A stretch of DNA of 64,000 nt from a virus (IMGVR_UViG_3300037067_010056:2975-66974); one strand, 5' to 3'; shown: positions 9,898 through 19,632, counted from the first letter of the stretch. Program-made: numbers and translations. Notes: generated by a model from the sequence alone, not told the origin.

Positions 9898-10196
9898 AGT
9901 ACCTCAAGCGACTGAAGAACGAGCTCCTGGACCTGACTGAGAAGCTGGCTGTGAAGGGCCCGCTGCCGGAGTATGTGAGCATCAAGAAACGCATTCGGAG
10001 GAACTCCATTCGAGTTGTGGTTGAGATGATCAAGATGGCACGGGCTCTTGATCAGGCCATAGACTACTATACCGATGAGAACGCTGGAGCCTGGGAACAC
10101 TACCTGCGTGAGTTGGAAGATTGGCTGAAGCTAGCCCCCTCAATGCCCCCAAAGCTGGTTGCGAAAAAGAACGAAGTAGTGGCAGTATCGGTGTAA
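9894..10196 (+). CDS. Hypothetical protein
   Basis: ATGA overlap. Confidence 0.7.
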   Translation: MKYLKRLKNELLDLTEKLAVKGPLPEYVSIKKRIRRNSIRVVVEMIKMARALDQAIDYYTDENAGAWEHYLRELEDWLKLAPSMPPKLVAKKNEVVAVSV

Positions 10197-10204
10197 TCGC
10201 CCTC

Positions 10205-10429
10205 ATGCATCTCAATACCTACAATCGACTCAAGGCCCTGAAGTACGAGAACCGTGGAACCCTTAGGATGGACCGTAGGCTTCAAGCGGCGGAGCGCCGA
10301 CGGGAGTTCGCGCACCACGCGCGCCTCTTTACTCGAAAAGGCCTCCTAGACATGCCCCGGTTCAGCCCGAAGTACTACGAGACTATGACCGCACTTCGAT
10401 TGAGTCGGTTCGGGATTCTTCCTGGTTGA
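10205..10429 (+). CDS. Small basic protein
   Basis: ATG 9 nt after GGTGTA. Confidence 0.6.
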   Translation: MHLNTYNRLKALKYENRGTLRMDRRLQAAERRREFAHHARLFTRKGLLDMPRFSPKYYETMTALRLSRFGILPG

Positions 10430-10460
10430 GAACCAGTACCCCTCGTGCGTAATACTGACC

Positions 10461-10655
10461 ATGAACAAGACCTTCCCAGTAGGAGCCCGAGTGTATGTCG
10501 ATGGTCGTGATGAGGCCATCATCGCTCAGGTGTTCCCGGAAGGCTCAACGTCCCTCATGGCTCCCCACTACTGCGTTCGATTCAAGGGTGGGGATGGTGG
10601 GCAGGTCAAGGTCAGTATGACGCGCGTGGGAGTCGTCAGGAAGGGCTCGAAGTAG
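10461..10655 (+). CDS. Small SH3/KOW-like protein
   Basis: FPVGARVYV motif; ATG 6 nt after class A motif. Confidence 0.7.
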   Translation: MNKTFPVGARVYVDGRDEAIIAQVFPEGSTSLMAPHYCVRFKGGDGGQVKVSMTRVGVVRKGSK

Positions 10656-10903
10656 TGGCAAACGAGATCTGTATGGCTTGGATCACTAAGTATGCTCTCA
10701 CCAAGGGCATCTACAGGGACGAAATCAAGCTGCTTGGTGATGGGGATGCCATCGCAGTGAGGAACAAGACCTACTTGGCTAAGCCTGACTGGTGGAGTAC
10801 CAGAGAAGAGGCTGTCATGCGGGCCGAGGCTCTGGTGAAGCACAAGATTGACTCCCTGAGGAAGCAGATCAAAGCCCTTGAGGAGATGAGCTTCGTCCTA
10901 TGA
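10655..10903 (+). CDS. Hypothetical protein
   Basis: Operon overlap. Confidence 0.7.
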   Translation: MANEICMAWITKYALTKGIYRDEIKLLGDGDAIAVRNKTYLAKPDWWSTREEAVMRAEALVKHKIDSLRKQIKALEEMSFVL

Positions 10904-11199
10904 CCTGGAGACTCGTTGATACTGAGCGATGGGCTGAGTCCCATCCGGATACGTTCGATATACCATCCGCTGAAGGTCGTATGAGCCTACACGTGGGGGA
11001 CGTGGCAAAGGTCATCTTCGAGTCCTTGACTCCCGGGTCTTCTCCCGAGCGTATGTGGGTCATGGTCACTGAGATTCACGAGCCCGGGAAGTATACTGGG
11101 AAGGTCGACAGTCACTCCTTCAACCAAGAGCTACCGCGCCTTGGAGACCCAGTTCAGTTCGAGTCCAAGAACGTCATGCAACTAATCAGATTCCAATGA
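10900..11199 (+). CDS. DUF2314-like protein
   Basis: ERMWVMVTE...YTGKVDS...GDPVQF pattern. Confidence 0.55.
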   Translation: MTWRLVDTERWAESHPDTFDIPSAEGRMSLHVGDVAKVIFESLTPGSSPERMWVMVTEIHEPGKYTGKVDSHSFNQELPRLGDPVQFESKNVMQLIRFQ

Positions 11200-11393
11200 A
11201 CGACTGTACCTGTCAATTGGCCCCCGGTCTTTATCGTGTAGCTTCCGATGGCTCAACCCATCTTGTGGCCAAGGTCGTCAGCAACGAGCTGAGCCGTACC
11301 AGTATCCTTGGTCTAACCGCTTTGATCTGTGTCTCCCTCTTCATGACCTACAAGGCGATCCAAAGCATACGACGAGCTAAGAAGCTACCATGA
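11196..11393 (+). CDS. Small membrane protein
   Basis: Single hydrophobic helix; overlaps neighbours. Confidence 0.6.
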   Translation: MNDCTCQLAPGLYRVASDGSTHLVAKVVSNELSRTSILGLTALICVSLFMTYKAIQSIRRAKKLP

Positions 11394-11698
11394 CCGTTGA
11401 ACAGTTCGAACTGTTTGGGCCCCCTACTAGCCCACCTCAAGCCAGGGTCTATCACAGCTCTACTGGTGATCCGACCTGGGTCGTCTACGTCACCTTGGTC
11501 ATACTCACCGGCGACCAAGCTGAAGTGGGAACGCCCTTGGCCTGTTCTTTCCCCCTGAGCCCCATCGAGATTCAAGCTGTGATCCAACTCCTCTCAGGTA
11601 AGGTCCCGAGTACGCTTGAAGCCCCAGTGGGCATCGTAGACAAGGTCGAGGGTGACTGCCCGAGACGTTGGAAGACGTACATTATCAACTGGGTATGA
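11390..11698 (+). CDS. Hypothetical protein
   Basis: ATGA overlap. Confidence 0.65.
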   Translation: MTVEQFELFGPPTSPPQARVYHSSTGDPTWVVYVTLVILTGDQAEVGTPLACSFPLSPIEIQAVIQLLSGKVPSTLEAPVGIVDKVEGDCPRRWKTYIINWV

Positions 11699-11840
11699 TC
11701 ACAAGAGCACTCTTCATCGGGCTCCTGTCCATCAGCGTATGCGCCATCCTCGGGTTCACCAGGGAAGCAGCTGTCTTCCCCGTGGTGCTATCCATGGTCT
11801 TCTCGGTCGTACTCCGGTAGCGCGCTGCCCCAAATAGGAG

Positions 11841-11881
11841 TCGAGCCAGCCTCCCGACGATGAAAAGGGAGGCTGGCTCGA
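11841..11881. terminator. Bidirectional terminator-like hairpin
   Basis: 15-bp perfect inverted repeat between convergent gene runs. Confidence 0.65.
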
Positions 11882-11949
11882 TCAGGGCTAAACGCAGAGA
11901 AATGGGGTCACCGAACTACCCTGACCAACCCAAGGTACACGGTAGCGCG

Positions 11950-12201
11950 CTACCGGTCAAGTCTCATCTCATACCCTGCATTGGGAGCCGGGATGGTATC
12001 GAGAGTCTTGTCAATCTCGACCAAGGCATCCTCCTGGCCAACGCCCAGGACTGGACCCCACTGAGAGAGTGACTTGAGAAGGGTGAAAGCATCCCCCTTG
12101 GAGTACTCGCGCGCCTGCGACCGTGGCCCCCAGTACCAATGAGGACCCTCATGGCAGAGGTAGACGCCACCGACTTCTCGATGCTTGATGACGAAGCTCA
12201 T
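11950..12201 (-). CDS. Hypothetical protein
   Basis: Operon overlap. Confidence 0.6.
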   Translation of the reverse strand: MSFVIKHREVGGVYLCHEGPHWYWGPRSQAREYSKGDAFTLLKSLSQWGPVLGVGQEDALVEIDKTLDTIPAPNAGYEMRLDR

Positions 12202-12638
12202 GACTTCTCTCCCGGGTGTTCGAACTTGTACCCATCAGTCCAAGTAATCGAGCTCCTTTGAACGTACTCACCCTTGACCACGACGGGAACCAAGTCTCGG
12301 GTGACAACCTTGTGTTGAGCCTCGGTCACGGAAGCTTTCACCACCTCGGCCCCATGAAGATAGTCAGTGGGCTGAGTTAGGTCGGTCCCAAGCCCCAGCG
12401 CGCTAGGGCTTATCTCAGTGCTTGGAGCCCTAAGACACGTCACCGGGCAGTACTCCCCGTACTCATCCTTTGACCAAGATCCAACCCAAGCATTGTAGGC
12501 TGCCTCGAAGGCCGAGACACTCCCTACAGGCTCCGCCCATTGGCGCCAACCACCCTCCTGACGGTTCATCAGGTAGACAGCCCCAGCACCATCTCGTCGA
12601 AGTACAGTGTCACAGAATAGGTTACGCTTTGCCATCAC
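12198..12638 (-). CDS. Hypothetical protein
   Basis: Operon overlap. Confidence 0.65.
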   Translation of the reverse strand: MMAKRNLFCDTVLRRDGAGAVYLMNRQEGGWRQWAEPVGSVSAFEAAYNAWVGSWSKDEYGEYCPVTCLRAPSTEISPSALGLGTDLTQPTDYLHGAEVVKASVTEAQHKVVTRDLVPVVVKGEYVQRSSITWTDGYKFEHPGEKS

Positions 12639-12891
12639 TTGGGTTCCTTAGGTTTGATAGTCGGACTGGTGGCGGGCGTCGGTCAGGACGACAGTGAGGA
12701 CAGATGACGAAGAAGATGTTCATAACCTCCTTCTCTGACTTACCCTTCAGAACCCAATGTCCTGTCTTAGGGCGGAAGGTGATAGTTACCACCTCCCCCA
12801 CTGGCTCCCCATTGGAGTCTTCCAGTTGTACCTGTCGCTCAAACCGACCTACGTGTCTCACATCAACATAGTTAACTAGGACTTGTGGCAT
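12622..12891 (-). CDS. Hypothetical protein
   Basis: Likely start MPQVLVNY; operon overlap. Confidence 0.6.
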   Translation of the reverse strand: MPQVLVNYVDVRHVGRFERQVQLEDSNGEPVGEVVTITFRPKTGHWVLKGKSEKEVMNIFFVICPHCRPDRRPPPVRLSNLRNPSDGKA

Positions 12892-13106
12892 ACATCCACC
12901 TTTGAGTTCACCAAATCGATTCGGTCTTGAATCACACTCCTGATAAACGCTGGGCACCCATAGCTCTCAGCTGAACATAGCTTGTCCCGATTGTCACTCC
13001 GAAGGTCGAGAGCATCCAGTAGTACTCGAGCCTGACCCCATTGCTGACTCAACAGTGCCCGATGGGTCACCGCAAACAGGTCAGCGGTACTGAGAGTGCA
13101 CGTCAT
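12876..13106 (-). CDS. Hypothetical protein
   Basis: ATG 6 nt after class A motif 13113-13141. Confidence 0.7.
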   Translation of the reverse strand: MTCTLSTADLFAVTHRALLSQQWGQARVLLDALDLRSDNRDKLCSAESYGCPAFIRSVIQDRIDLVNSKVDVCHKS

Positions 13107-13199
13107 GCCTCCTATTACGCACCACTCATCCTGATCTCAACAAGAATCCTGAGTATATGATGTAGGCATAGTATCCGTTCATATTTCTATGGGCACCAA

Positions 13200-13700
13200 C
13201 GCTCACTATAACTACATGTGGTTTGGACAAGACTTCAGAGCGGTATCGTCACGAACCGATACTCTGCCTACATCTACAACCCCAACCCGGCGCTCCGCGC
13301 CCAGTTCAGGTGTGACTATCCTACCCCGACTCTTTACACAGTGAATCACAAGGCGCCAGAGGTGCAGTGTTACTTCCTTGTGTGATTCACTGTGAATGTG
13401 AATGGCAGTGACTCAACACACAGTGAAAGACGTGAATTGTAGTGGGTAGGATCAGAGGTAGGTGTGAATACCGTGACATATCACTTGCGCGAAGCGCCGT
13501 GAATTGTGTGGTATTATAGTGTGTGTAGTTATTTTAGAATTTTGGGCCGCGTCGGTTTGGTATTTGCGGGTCATTGTCCGGGGGGTCGGCTGTGGCCTCA
13601 TAGGCTCTAGTAAGAATCCGAACAGCGGGCTGTGGCCTGAGAGGCTCTGCCGGCTTCCTGGCTGTGGCCTCATAGGTTCTTTTATTTGAAAGCACGTCAA
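13200..13700. other. Non-coding region B (inverted relative of region A)
   Basis: 13-bp IR 13337-13349/13382-13394; motifs shared with 6832 and 7046; triple direct repeat. Confidence 0.45.
13588..13676 (+). repeat. Three 17-bp direct repeats GGCTGTGGCCT(C/G)A(T/G)AGG
   Basis: Copies at 13588, 13628 and 13660. Confidence 0.85.
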
Positions 13701-13711
13701 GTATTGGTGTA

Positions 13712-14098
13712 TTGCTTGAAGTGGCAGAGGTATCGAGGATATTGCGCATCCGATTGAAGATAGAGCTATATGATGCGCTAGCCAGTCAAGCTATCGCTGA
13801 GGGGCATGCGAGCTTAGCGGACTGGGCACGATGCTTGATGGTACAGGCGAGGAAACCGATGACGAGTACTTTACCCAATCAAGGGCTACCTGTTGAGGAA
13901 GACCTTGAGGTCCCTCTTACCTCTTCTGAGTCACCAGAGCCTGTCTCCGAGGCAGTAGATCGGGTCATGCGATCTACTGCTGAGCCTGAGGCACCCATCT
14001 CAACCCCATCAGCACCTGTCCGTGAGCAACCCGAAGCAAGTCCATCGACAGAGGATGACACTACGTGGTTGGATGAGATGACGTTCGACTTGGGGTGA
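13712..14098 (+). CDS. RHH-like regulator with acidic disordered tail
   Basis: RIRLKIELYDALASQA...SLADWARCLM. Confidence 0.55.
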   Translation: MLEVAEVSRILRIRLKIELYDALASQAIAEGHASLADWARCLMVQARKPMTSTLPNQGLPVEEDLEVPLTSSESPEPVSEAVDRVMRSTAEPEAPISTPSAPVREQPEASPSTEDDTTWLDEMTFDLG

Positions 14099-14105
14099 GC
14101 TGACT

Positions 14106-14846
14106 ATGAATCCTGTGACCATTGAAGCTGACTCAGTTGTGCTTAGGGGCAACGTTCGCATTCCGATTCATCTGCATGCTGGTAGCAGGTGGGTACCAAT
14201 GAAACCTATCTGTACTTATCTTGGGTTACAGCAGGATGCTCAACGGAGACGACTCATAAAGACACCATGGGCTCGTCACTGTTCACTACGGGTTATAGCT
14301 GCTGATGGTAAGCGGTACTTGAACTTCTGCCTACATGTTGATGACCTTGACCTGTGGTTTAGCACGTTGGTCACTAGTAGATTACGGGGGTCACCTACGA
14401 CGGCTTACTTCATACGGAGTCGTTTGACAGGGTACATCAAGATAGGGACTTCGAGGGATGCTCGGAGTAGGTTACGGGGACTTTCCACTAGCTACCCGGA
14501 TTGCTTTGAGCTACTTGCAGTTGGGGGAGTCGAGGCGGAGCTACACGGTCGGCTTGCTGGGCATCGGGTTCATGGGGAGTGGTTTCGACCTCATGCTGAC
14601 GTGCTTGAAGCGTTACGGGAGGCTGGTGGTCGGGTTGACAAGCCGATAGCGATAGCTGGGCTTGGCCACAAGAAGAAAACTATCTGTCTTAGATCAAAGA
14701 AAAAGGTTCATCCTCCTGATAAGTTGTTGCTATCTAAGCCCATTGAAGAACCAAAGGTGATCAAGTATGATCCATTGAAGTTAAACAGTAAACCTTCCAA
14801 GGTTGATTTGTTAGTATATCGCATACATAAGCGTAATCACCCATAA
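14106..14846 (+). CDS. P22 antirepressor N-terminal-like domain fused to GIY-YIG (T5orf172/MUG113-like)
   Basis: WVPMKPICTYLGL..AQRRRL; YFIRS..GYIKIGTS..RL..L...EAELH...GEWF. Confidence 0.75.
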   Translation: MNPVTIEADSVVLRGNVRIPIHLHAGSRWVPMKPICTYLGLQQDAQRRRLIKTPWARHCSLRVIAADGKRYLNFCLHVDDLDLWFSTLVTSRLRGSPTTAYFIRSRLTGYIKIGTSRDARSRLRGLSTSYPDCFELLAVGGVEAELHGRLAGHRVHGEWFRPHADVLEALREAGGRVDKPIAIAGLGHKKKTICLRSKKKVHPPDKLLLSKPIEEPKVIKYDPLKLNSKPSKVDLLVYRIHKRNHP

Positions 14847-14857
14847 ACCTGACCCCT

Positions 14858-15157
14858 ATGCCAACCCCCACTGACTCATCCTCATCCGCTGACATGACTC
14901 TCCCCTGTGACGGGTGTCGGTTCTGTCCTACGACGTATGTGAGTGGGGTTGTCGTAGTTGGTGATGGGAGGGGTGCACCCCACTGGGATGGGGACTGTGG
15001 TCGTGGGTATGAGGTGAGCACGACGTGGGTTTGGAATGAGGACCACGAGCGTGTCATCTATCTCTTTCGGTTACCGTTCTGGACTGTATGCTCTGACCGG
15101 GATGAGCCCTATGACGGTCCACGGGTTAGTCGCTACAATCGATTACCTGTGATATAG
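14858..15157 (+). CDS. Tagged hypothetical protein (CDxCRxCPTTY family)
   Basis: Ends RVSRYNRLPVI*. Confidence 0.8.
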   Translation: MPTPTDSSSSADMTLPCDGCRFCPTTYVSGVVVVGDGRGAPHWDGDCGRGYEVSTTWVWNEDHERVIYLFRLPFWTVCSDRDEPYDGPRVSRYNRLPVI

Positions 15158-15182
15158 GTTCCCCGGTGTACTTGAGGTTTTC

Positions 15183-15857
15183 ATGCCACTTCCAGATACA
15201 ATCACTTGGTATCGTTCGAACGATGGGTCGGCGATATTCGAAGGCAGGGGTGACTATTGGAGGGTGGCGTACCTAGTCAACGGGGATCGTCACTTGGTAC
15301 TACAGCAGGTTGGTGGGCTTGTTTCAATTCCACTTACTGACTGCCACGAAGAGATAGGCAATAGAGTAAGGCCCCATGGACCCGACTTTGCCGAGTATCA
15401 TTTGAGGCGGAGCGCTTTCATTCAGGAGCGAGCGCTTGAGCTGTATCTAAGTGCAGTTCGAGCTGGCATTGACGGTATTGGGTCCTTCTATGGTGTGATT
15501 CAAGACCATGGTGATATACGAGCTGTCGAACCTATCTGGTCAAATGGACGGGTTGTCTACCTAGTACCTGGTACCTTTATGACCTACCATCGGGTTGGTT
15601 TGGTCTACTCTCCAGTGGAGCTGTTACCCGACCCAGAGCACATGTCTTTGGTTGAGCCTGAGGTACTGGGCACTCTTCCAATTACGGTTCTTGAGCGGGT
15701 GCATGGTCGTGACGTAGGCAGGCCTGATAGTGCACCTATGCAGGAGTATGCAAGTTCTTTTGGTCCTAGTATTGAGCCCACCCCTTCTGAGACTAAGCAA
15801 GCTGAGCCTGAAGTTCCGGTACGGTTATCACGGTATGAGAGGGAGCCAGTCATCTAG
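15183..15857 (+). CDS. Tagged hypothetical protein
   Basis: Ends RLSRYEREPVI*; GGTGTA 12 nt upstream. Confidence 0.85.
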   Translation: MPLPDTITWYRSNDGSAIFEGRGDYWRVAYLVNGDRHLVLQQVGGLVSIPLTDCHEEIGNRVRPHGPDFAEYHLRRSAFIQERALELYLSAVRAGIDGIGSFYGVIQDHGDIRAVEPIWSNGRVVYLVPGTFMTYHRVGLVYSPVELLPDPEHMSLVEPEVLGTLPITVLERVHGRDVGRPDSAPMQEYASSFGPSIEPTPSETKQAEPEVPVRLSRYEREPVI

Positions 15858-15926
15858 AATGTCTATCACCGTTGAGTCGGGTCTGATTGATGGGGTGAGG
15901 TAGAGCTTCACCTAGTATCGAGTACC

Positions 15927-16202
15927 ATGATAGGGGTTACCATTGTCATGTCTAGGGACCTGAGGGACTTGTTGGCTGGCAAGCCTTACACTCAAGCTTT
16001 GGGGCAGGTGGTGAGTTATCTGCTCAACTTCATTGCTCAGCCTTTCACCATAACGGTTCGTCAGAATGGGGTTATGGTGAGTCAGTTCGTGCACACATTG
16101 GGTCTTGAGTTTCAGATTCCGGAGGATGAAGAGCCCTCACCTGAGCCTGAGGTGGCTCCTATTGTTCGTATCAGTCGGTACGAGAGGGAGCCGGTCATCT
16201 GA
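15927..16202 (+). CDS. Tagged hypothetical protein (MIxV family)
   Basis: Ends RISRYEREPVI*. Confidence 0.8.
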   Translation: MIGVTIVMSRDLRDLLAGKPYTQALGQVVSYLLNFIAQPFTITVRQNGVMVSQFVHTLGLEFQIPEDEEPSPEPEVAPIVRISRYEREPVI

Positions 16203-16218
16203 CGGTGTAGGCTACTTG

Positions 16219-16518
16219 ATGATTACCCGAATAGAGGCTGCGAACCGACTTAGGCAGGTGGGTCTCATTGTCCGTGATCTAGGTGGTTCGTTTGGGATTG
16301 CCGGCGGGGGCTACAGGGACTGCTCTACGGGCATGTGCATGATCGAGGATGGGTTTAGCCTCAGGCCGGTGGGCGAAGCCTATGAGGTCTCTATAGCTCG
16401 TCTGGGTGGCTCTCAGGTGCTACCTCTTGAGGGGGCAGTTGACCTCATCCTACGGACGGTTCCCCGAGGGGTTGATATCCCTCTTCCTACTCGCAGCCCT
16501 GGGGACAACCTTTACTAA
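16219..16518 (+). CDS. Hypothetical protein
   Basis: ATG 9 nt after GGTGTA. Confidence 0.65.
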   Translation: MITRIEAANRLRQVGLIVRDLGGSFGIAGGGYRDCSTGMCMIEDGFSLRPVGEAYEVSIARLGGSQVLPLEGAVDLILRTVPRGVDIPLPTRSPGDNLY

Positions 16519-16549
16519 TACCTCACTTTCGGTGTAGTCTGGAGCTGGT

Positions 16550-16957
16550 ATGCCGTTGCTTCCGATCACATCTCATGAGCTATCGAGCAAGTCTTACGCG
16601 ATACAGGATTCGGACAGTGGTGCTACATTCAAAGTCATCCTCGTTTCGAACCCCGACCATACAACTACAGTGGTAGTCGAGCCTATAAGCTACTTGGAGC
16701 CAAGTGGTTTGGGGGATGGGTCAATGATGATAACACCACCTCCACGGGTCTCTACCTATCAGCAGGAGCCTCAGGTAGTCAATGATTGGACTCTACTGGC
16801 GTTGGTGGCAGTTCGGGCCTACTTGAGGTTACGTTATCAGTTGACGGGGCAAGGGCTTGGGGCAGAAGACCTAGGCATACTTCTACAGAAGGTTCCTCCA
16901 CCTGTTCAACCCCAGTGTAGGCGGGTTTCGAGGTACTCGCGGGAGCCTGTCATCTGA
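16550..16957 (+). CDS. Tagged hypothetical protein
   Basis: Ends RVSRYSREPVI*. Confidence 0.8.
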   Translation: MPLLPITSHELSSKSYAIQDSDSGATFKVILVSNPDHTTTVVVEPISYLEPSGLGDGSMMITPPPRVSTYQQEPQVVNDWTLLALVAVRAYLRLRYQLTGQGLGAEDLGILLQKVPPPVQPQCRRVSRYSREPVI

Positions 16958-16960
16958 CTT

Positions 16961-17368
16961 ATGCCAACGGAGCAAGCGCAACGGTTTCTTGATTGGGCTC
17001 GGTTGACGAATCCGACCATGGCGGACTATGCACTTGAGTTACTTGAGCAGTATGCTGACACGGAGGCTGGGCGGTTTCGGCTAGCGCAGTCGTATGTGAG
17101 GCCGGCTGAGCTTCTGATGCGGGGGGCGACGGGTGAAGGGTCTGGGAGTATTCAAGAAGCTCAACGAGTATGCTTATATATTGAGAGTTTCATAGGAGCC
17201 TTTCCGGAGGGGGAGCGGTTCATTGCTCCTCTCATGTCCTTACGGGAGCATCTGCTTGATCTCTATGCCTACCTGTCTCCTCGGTATACCCGGGATCAAG
17301 AGGTTCCTTTACCTGAGCCGTATGCTGGCCCTCGGGTCTCGAGGTATGATCGAAAGCCTGTGATCTGA
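16961..17368 (+). CDS. Tagged hypothetical protein
   Basis: Ends RVSRYDRKPVI*. Confidence 0.8.
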   Translation: MPTEQAQRFLDWARLTNPTMADYALELLEQYADTEAGRFRLAQSYVRPAELLMRGATGEGSGSIQEAQRVCLYIESFIGAFPEGERFIAPLMSLREHLLDLYAYLSPRYTRDQEVPLPEPYAGPRVSRYDRKPVI

Positions 17369-17369
17369 C

Positions 17370-18140
17370 TTACTCCGAAGGCGTTTCAGTCAGATACCCT
17401 ATTGGTTCACCGGGTTCATGTTGATCTGGGAGTTCACGACCGAGGTGAACCTTATCACCGTCAGTCCAACCTTGGATGTAGGCACTTGAAGCTGGTTCTG
17501 AGAATGAGGAGATACCTCTATCGCTCAGGTTTGGATGCAGTTCGTCCCTGGCTTTATTGGCTTTAGGGAGTCTTCTATCAAGCAACACTATGGCTGTAGT
17601 CGATGATTCTTGTTTAAGTTGTTTAGTTAGCTCTCTCAGTACTCTGCGGATTGAGTCAACGAGGCCTTTTCGGTAACTGTCTGCATGTCTTACCCCCAAG
17701 CCTTTGGTGTTAGTTCGAGTGAGGTTGTTGACCTGCTGTTTGATGCTGTCGTACTGTATCCTGAGCATGGCTACGTCAGAGGGTAGGCCAACTACTCTAA
17801 CTTCGATTCGTCTAGGTCCTACTTTCGGGTGTTTGGTATGGTAGTAGATTGAGCACCCGTATTGTTTGGCGAGGTCCAGGATGAGCAGATCCTTCCAGCG
17901 GTGGATTCTACCTGCAAACTCAATTGGGTGTTCACATTCGGAGGGTGTCTCGGTCGCCACAGTGTAGGTCTGGAGAAGATCGACTTGGGTCAACCTATAC
18001 TTCTGCATGAGTCGTTCGGCAGCCCCGATAGCGGTGGAAGCCTCATGTTCGGTTGTGTTATCAGCCAAGTCATAGAGACTTCTGACTCTTCTAATGACTT
18101 GCTCTAGGGTACCCTCTGGCATGGCTTCAAAAGTATACAC
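17370..18140 (-). CDS. DUF2786-domain protein
   Basis: RRVRSLYDLA..TTEHEASTA..AAERLMQKY motif. Confidence 0.75.
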   Translation of the reverse strand: MYTFEAMPEGTLEQVIRRVRSLYDLADNTTEHEASTAIGAAERLMQKYRLTQVDLLQTYTVATETPSECEHPIEFAGRIHRWKDLLILDLAKQYGCSIYYHTKHPKVGPRRIEVRVVGLPSDVAMLRIQYDSIKQQVNNLTRTNTKGLGVRHADSYRKGLVDSIRRVLRELTKQLKQESSTTAIVLLDRRLPKANKARDELHPNLSDRGISSFSEPASSAYIQGWTDGDKVHLGRELPDQHEPGEPIGYLTETPSE

Positions 18141-18228
18141 TAAACTGCCGCTAACGTTCTGGCCGATTGTACATATTCAAACATGGGGGCCTGGGCAATA
18201 GAATCGATCCCCCGGTGTACTGGCTTTG

Positions 18229-18648
18229 ATGTGGAGAAACCAAGATCCTCGGGAGTACATCAACAAGCGGGCCAACATACTGATTCTCAGGCCTACCGGG
18301 GGTGTGAGCTATCGGGTTGGTCAGGGGCAGGTTGAGACGAAGCATACTTGGACCATCACAACGTCCTTTGAGGACCATCAGCACATCGACGAGTGGGACT
18401 CTCTCTGGTGGTGGGACTGGGCTCCTAGCCTACCTGAGGCAGGTGTTGGAGAGCCTGGGGACACGGTTGATGGGGTTCGAGCTGAGTCGGTAGTGGAAGC
18501 GCTCTCCAAGGTGGTGGGACCATCCTGGTCCTTGGTACAGGATCTGGACCGACTTGGGTTCAAGGCTGGGGTGGCGCTGATAGATCCCAAGGGGGAGCGT
18601 GTTGCCTTATTTGAGCAATCGGCGTATGAAGAGCTGATTCAGATCTAG
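18229..18648 (+). CDS. Hypothetical protein
   Basis: ATG 9 nt after GGTGTA. Confidence 0.7.
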   Translation: MWRNQDPREYINKRANILILRPTGGVSYRVGQGQVETKHTWTITTSFEDHQHIDEWDSLWWWDWAPSLPEAGVGEPGDTVDGVRAESVVEALSKVVGPSWSLVQDLDRLGFKAGVALIDPKGERVALFEQSAYEELIQI

Positions 18649-18668
18649 GGTAGTAGGAGTGTAGCTAA

Positions 18669-19133
18669 ATGAATCGCCGAAGCATTCTCAAGGTGTTACC
18701 ATCGTTATTCTTGCTGCCATTGCTTAGCAAGAGGGTACAAGCCACACCGTTAGTCAGTAGCGTCCGACTTACCACCAGAGATCGCCATCAAAACAATATG
18801 GATCTGGCTGACCTATACTACTCTATCCACAATAGGGTGAGTGGGCCTTCATTGAGCCACCAGCAACTACACTTTATACACCCATTGGACTCAATCCCAG
18901 GAACAGCTCTAGTGGGGCCAGAACGCAGGGTTCCGATTAGGTTGTCACTAGGGGAGTATCTTGCAGAGATTGAGCTTCCAGCGGGCCATGATGAGAGTGC
19001 AACCTACATTCGATGGTATCTTAAGGAATACCCTGAGGTTCGTTGCTATGACTCTGTAATCCGAGAACTCACTGAGCCTCATCTTACTCTTTGCAATATC
19101 AGTCGTTTCAAAAACGACTACAACCCAGACTGA
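18669..19133 (+). CDS. Protein with Tat-like signal peptide
   Basis: MNRRSILK + hydrophobic stretch + VQA. Confidence 0.65.
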   Translation: MNRRSILKVLPSLFLLPLLSKRVQATPLVSSVRLTTRDRHQNNMDLADLYYSIHNRVSGPSLSHQQLHFIHPLDSIPGTALVGPERRVPIRLSLGEYLAEIELPAGHDESATYIRWYLKEYPEVRCYDSVIRELTEPHLTLCNISRFKNDYNPD

Positions 19134-19170
19134 GCAATAGGCCTATGATGCGCTGCAGGTTTGACCCCAC

Positions 19171-19632
19171 ATGAAGAGATATTCTGAGTTTTTCAGCACC
19201 TTGTATGACGAGTTTGGTAGTTGGGCCCACTATTCGGTTCTTCGGGCACTCGTCTGGGTTCCGCAGATGAGGGTTCACGACTTCGCGGTGATCTGGGATG
19301 AGAACCATGACACTCGAATCATTTGGGTTGTTGAGCAGCTCTATGTTCGGCTCTTACTGCACAACGTATTGTTCATAGGGGAGCGCAAGTCTCAGGTGAC
19401 GGTACTAACCATTGACCCGGTAAGTAGTGAGTTTGAGGCTGGCCTACGAGAGATCTGTGGAAGGGTCTCGTGCTACTGCGCTCATCTCTCTGTGGTTCCT
19501 TATCGGAGTGGGGGTGGGGGCATCATTGATGATTCGAGTGAGCGAGTTGATGCTTACTTGAAGGCGATTGATGCATTATGGTCTTTGGGTACCCGGGAGC
19601 CTGTTTTCAAGGCTGGTGTATCTCTGGACTGA
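19171..19632 (+). CDS. Hypothetical protein
   Basis: 153-aa ATG ORF with globular composition. Confidence 0.7.
   Translation: MKRYSEFFSTLYDEFGSWAHYSVLRALVWVPQMRVHDFAVIWDENHDTRIIWVVEQLYVRLLLHNVLFIGERKSQVTVLTIDPVSSEFEAGLREICGRVSCYCAHLSVVPYRSGGGGIIDDSSERVDAYLKAIDALWSLGTREPVFKAGVSLD

Noticed and set aside
13588-13676. Mini CRISPR array
   Set aside because: Repeats of 17 bp and gaps of 15 and 23 bp are too short and irregular.
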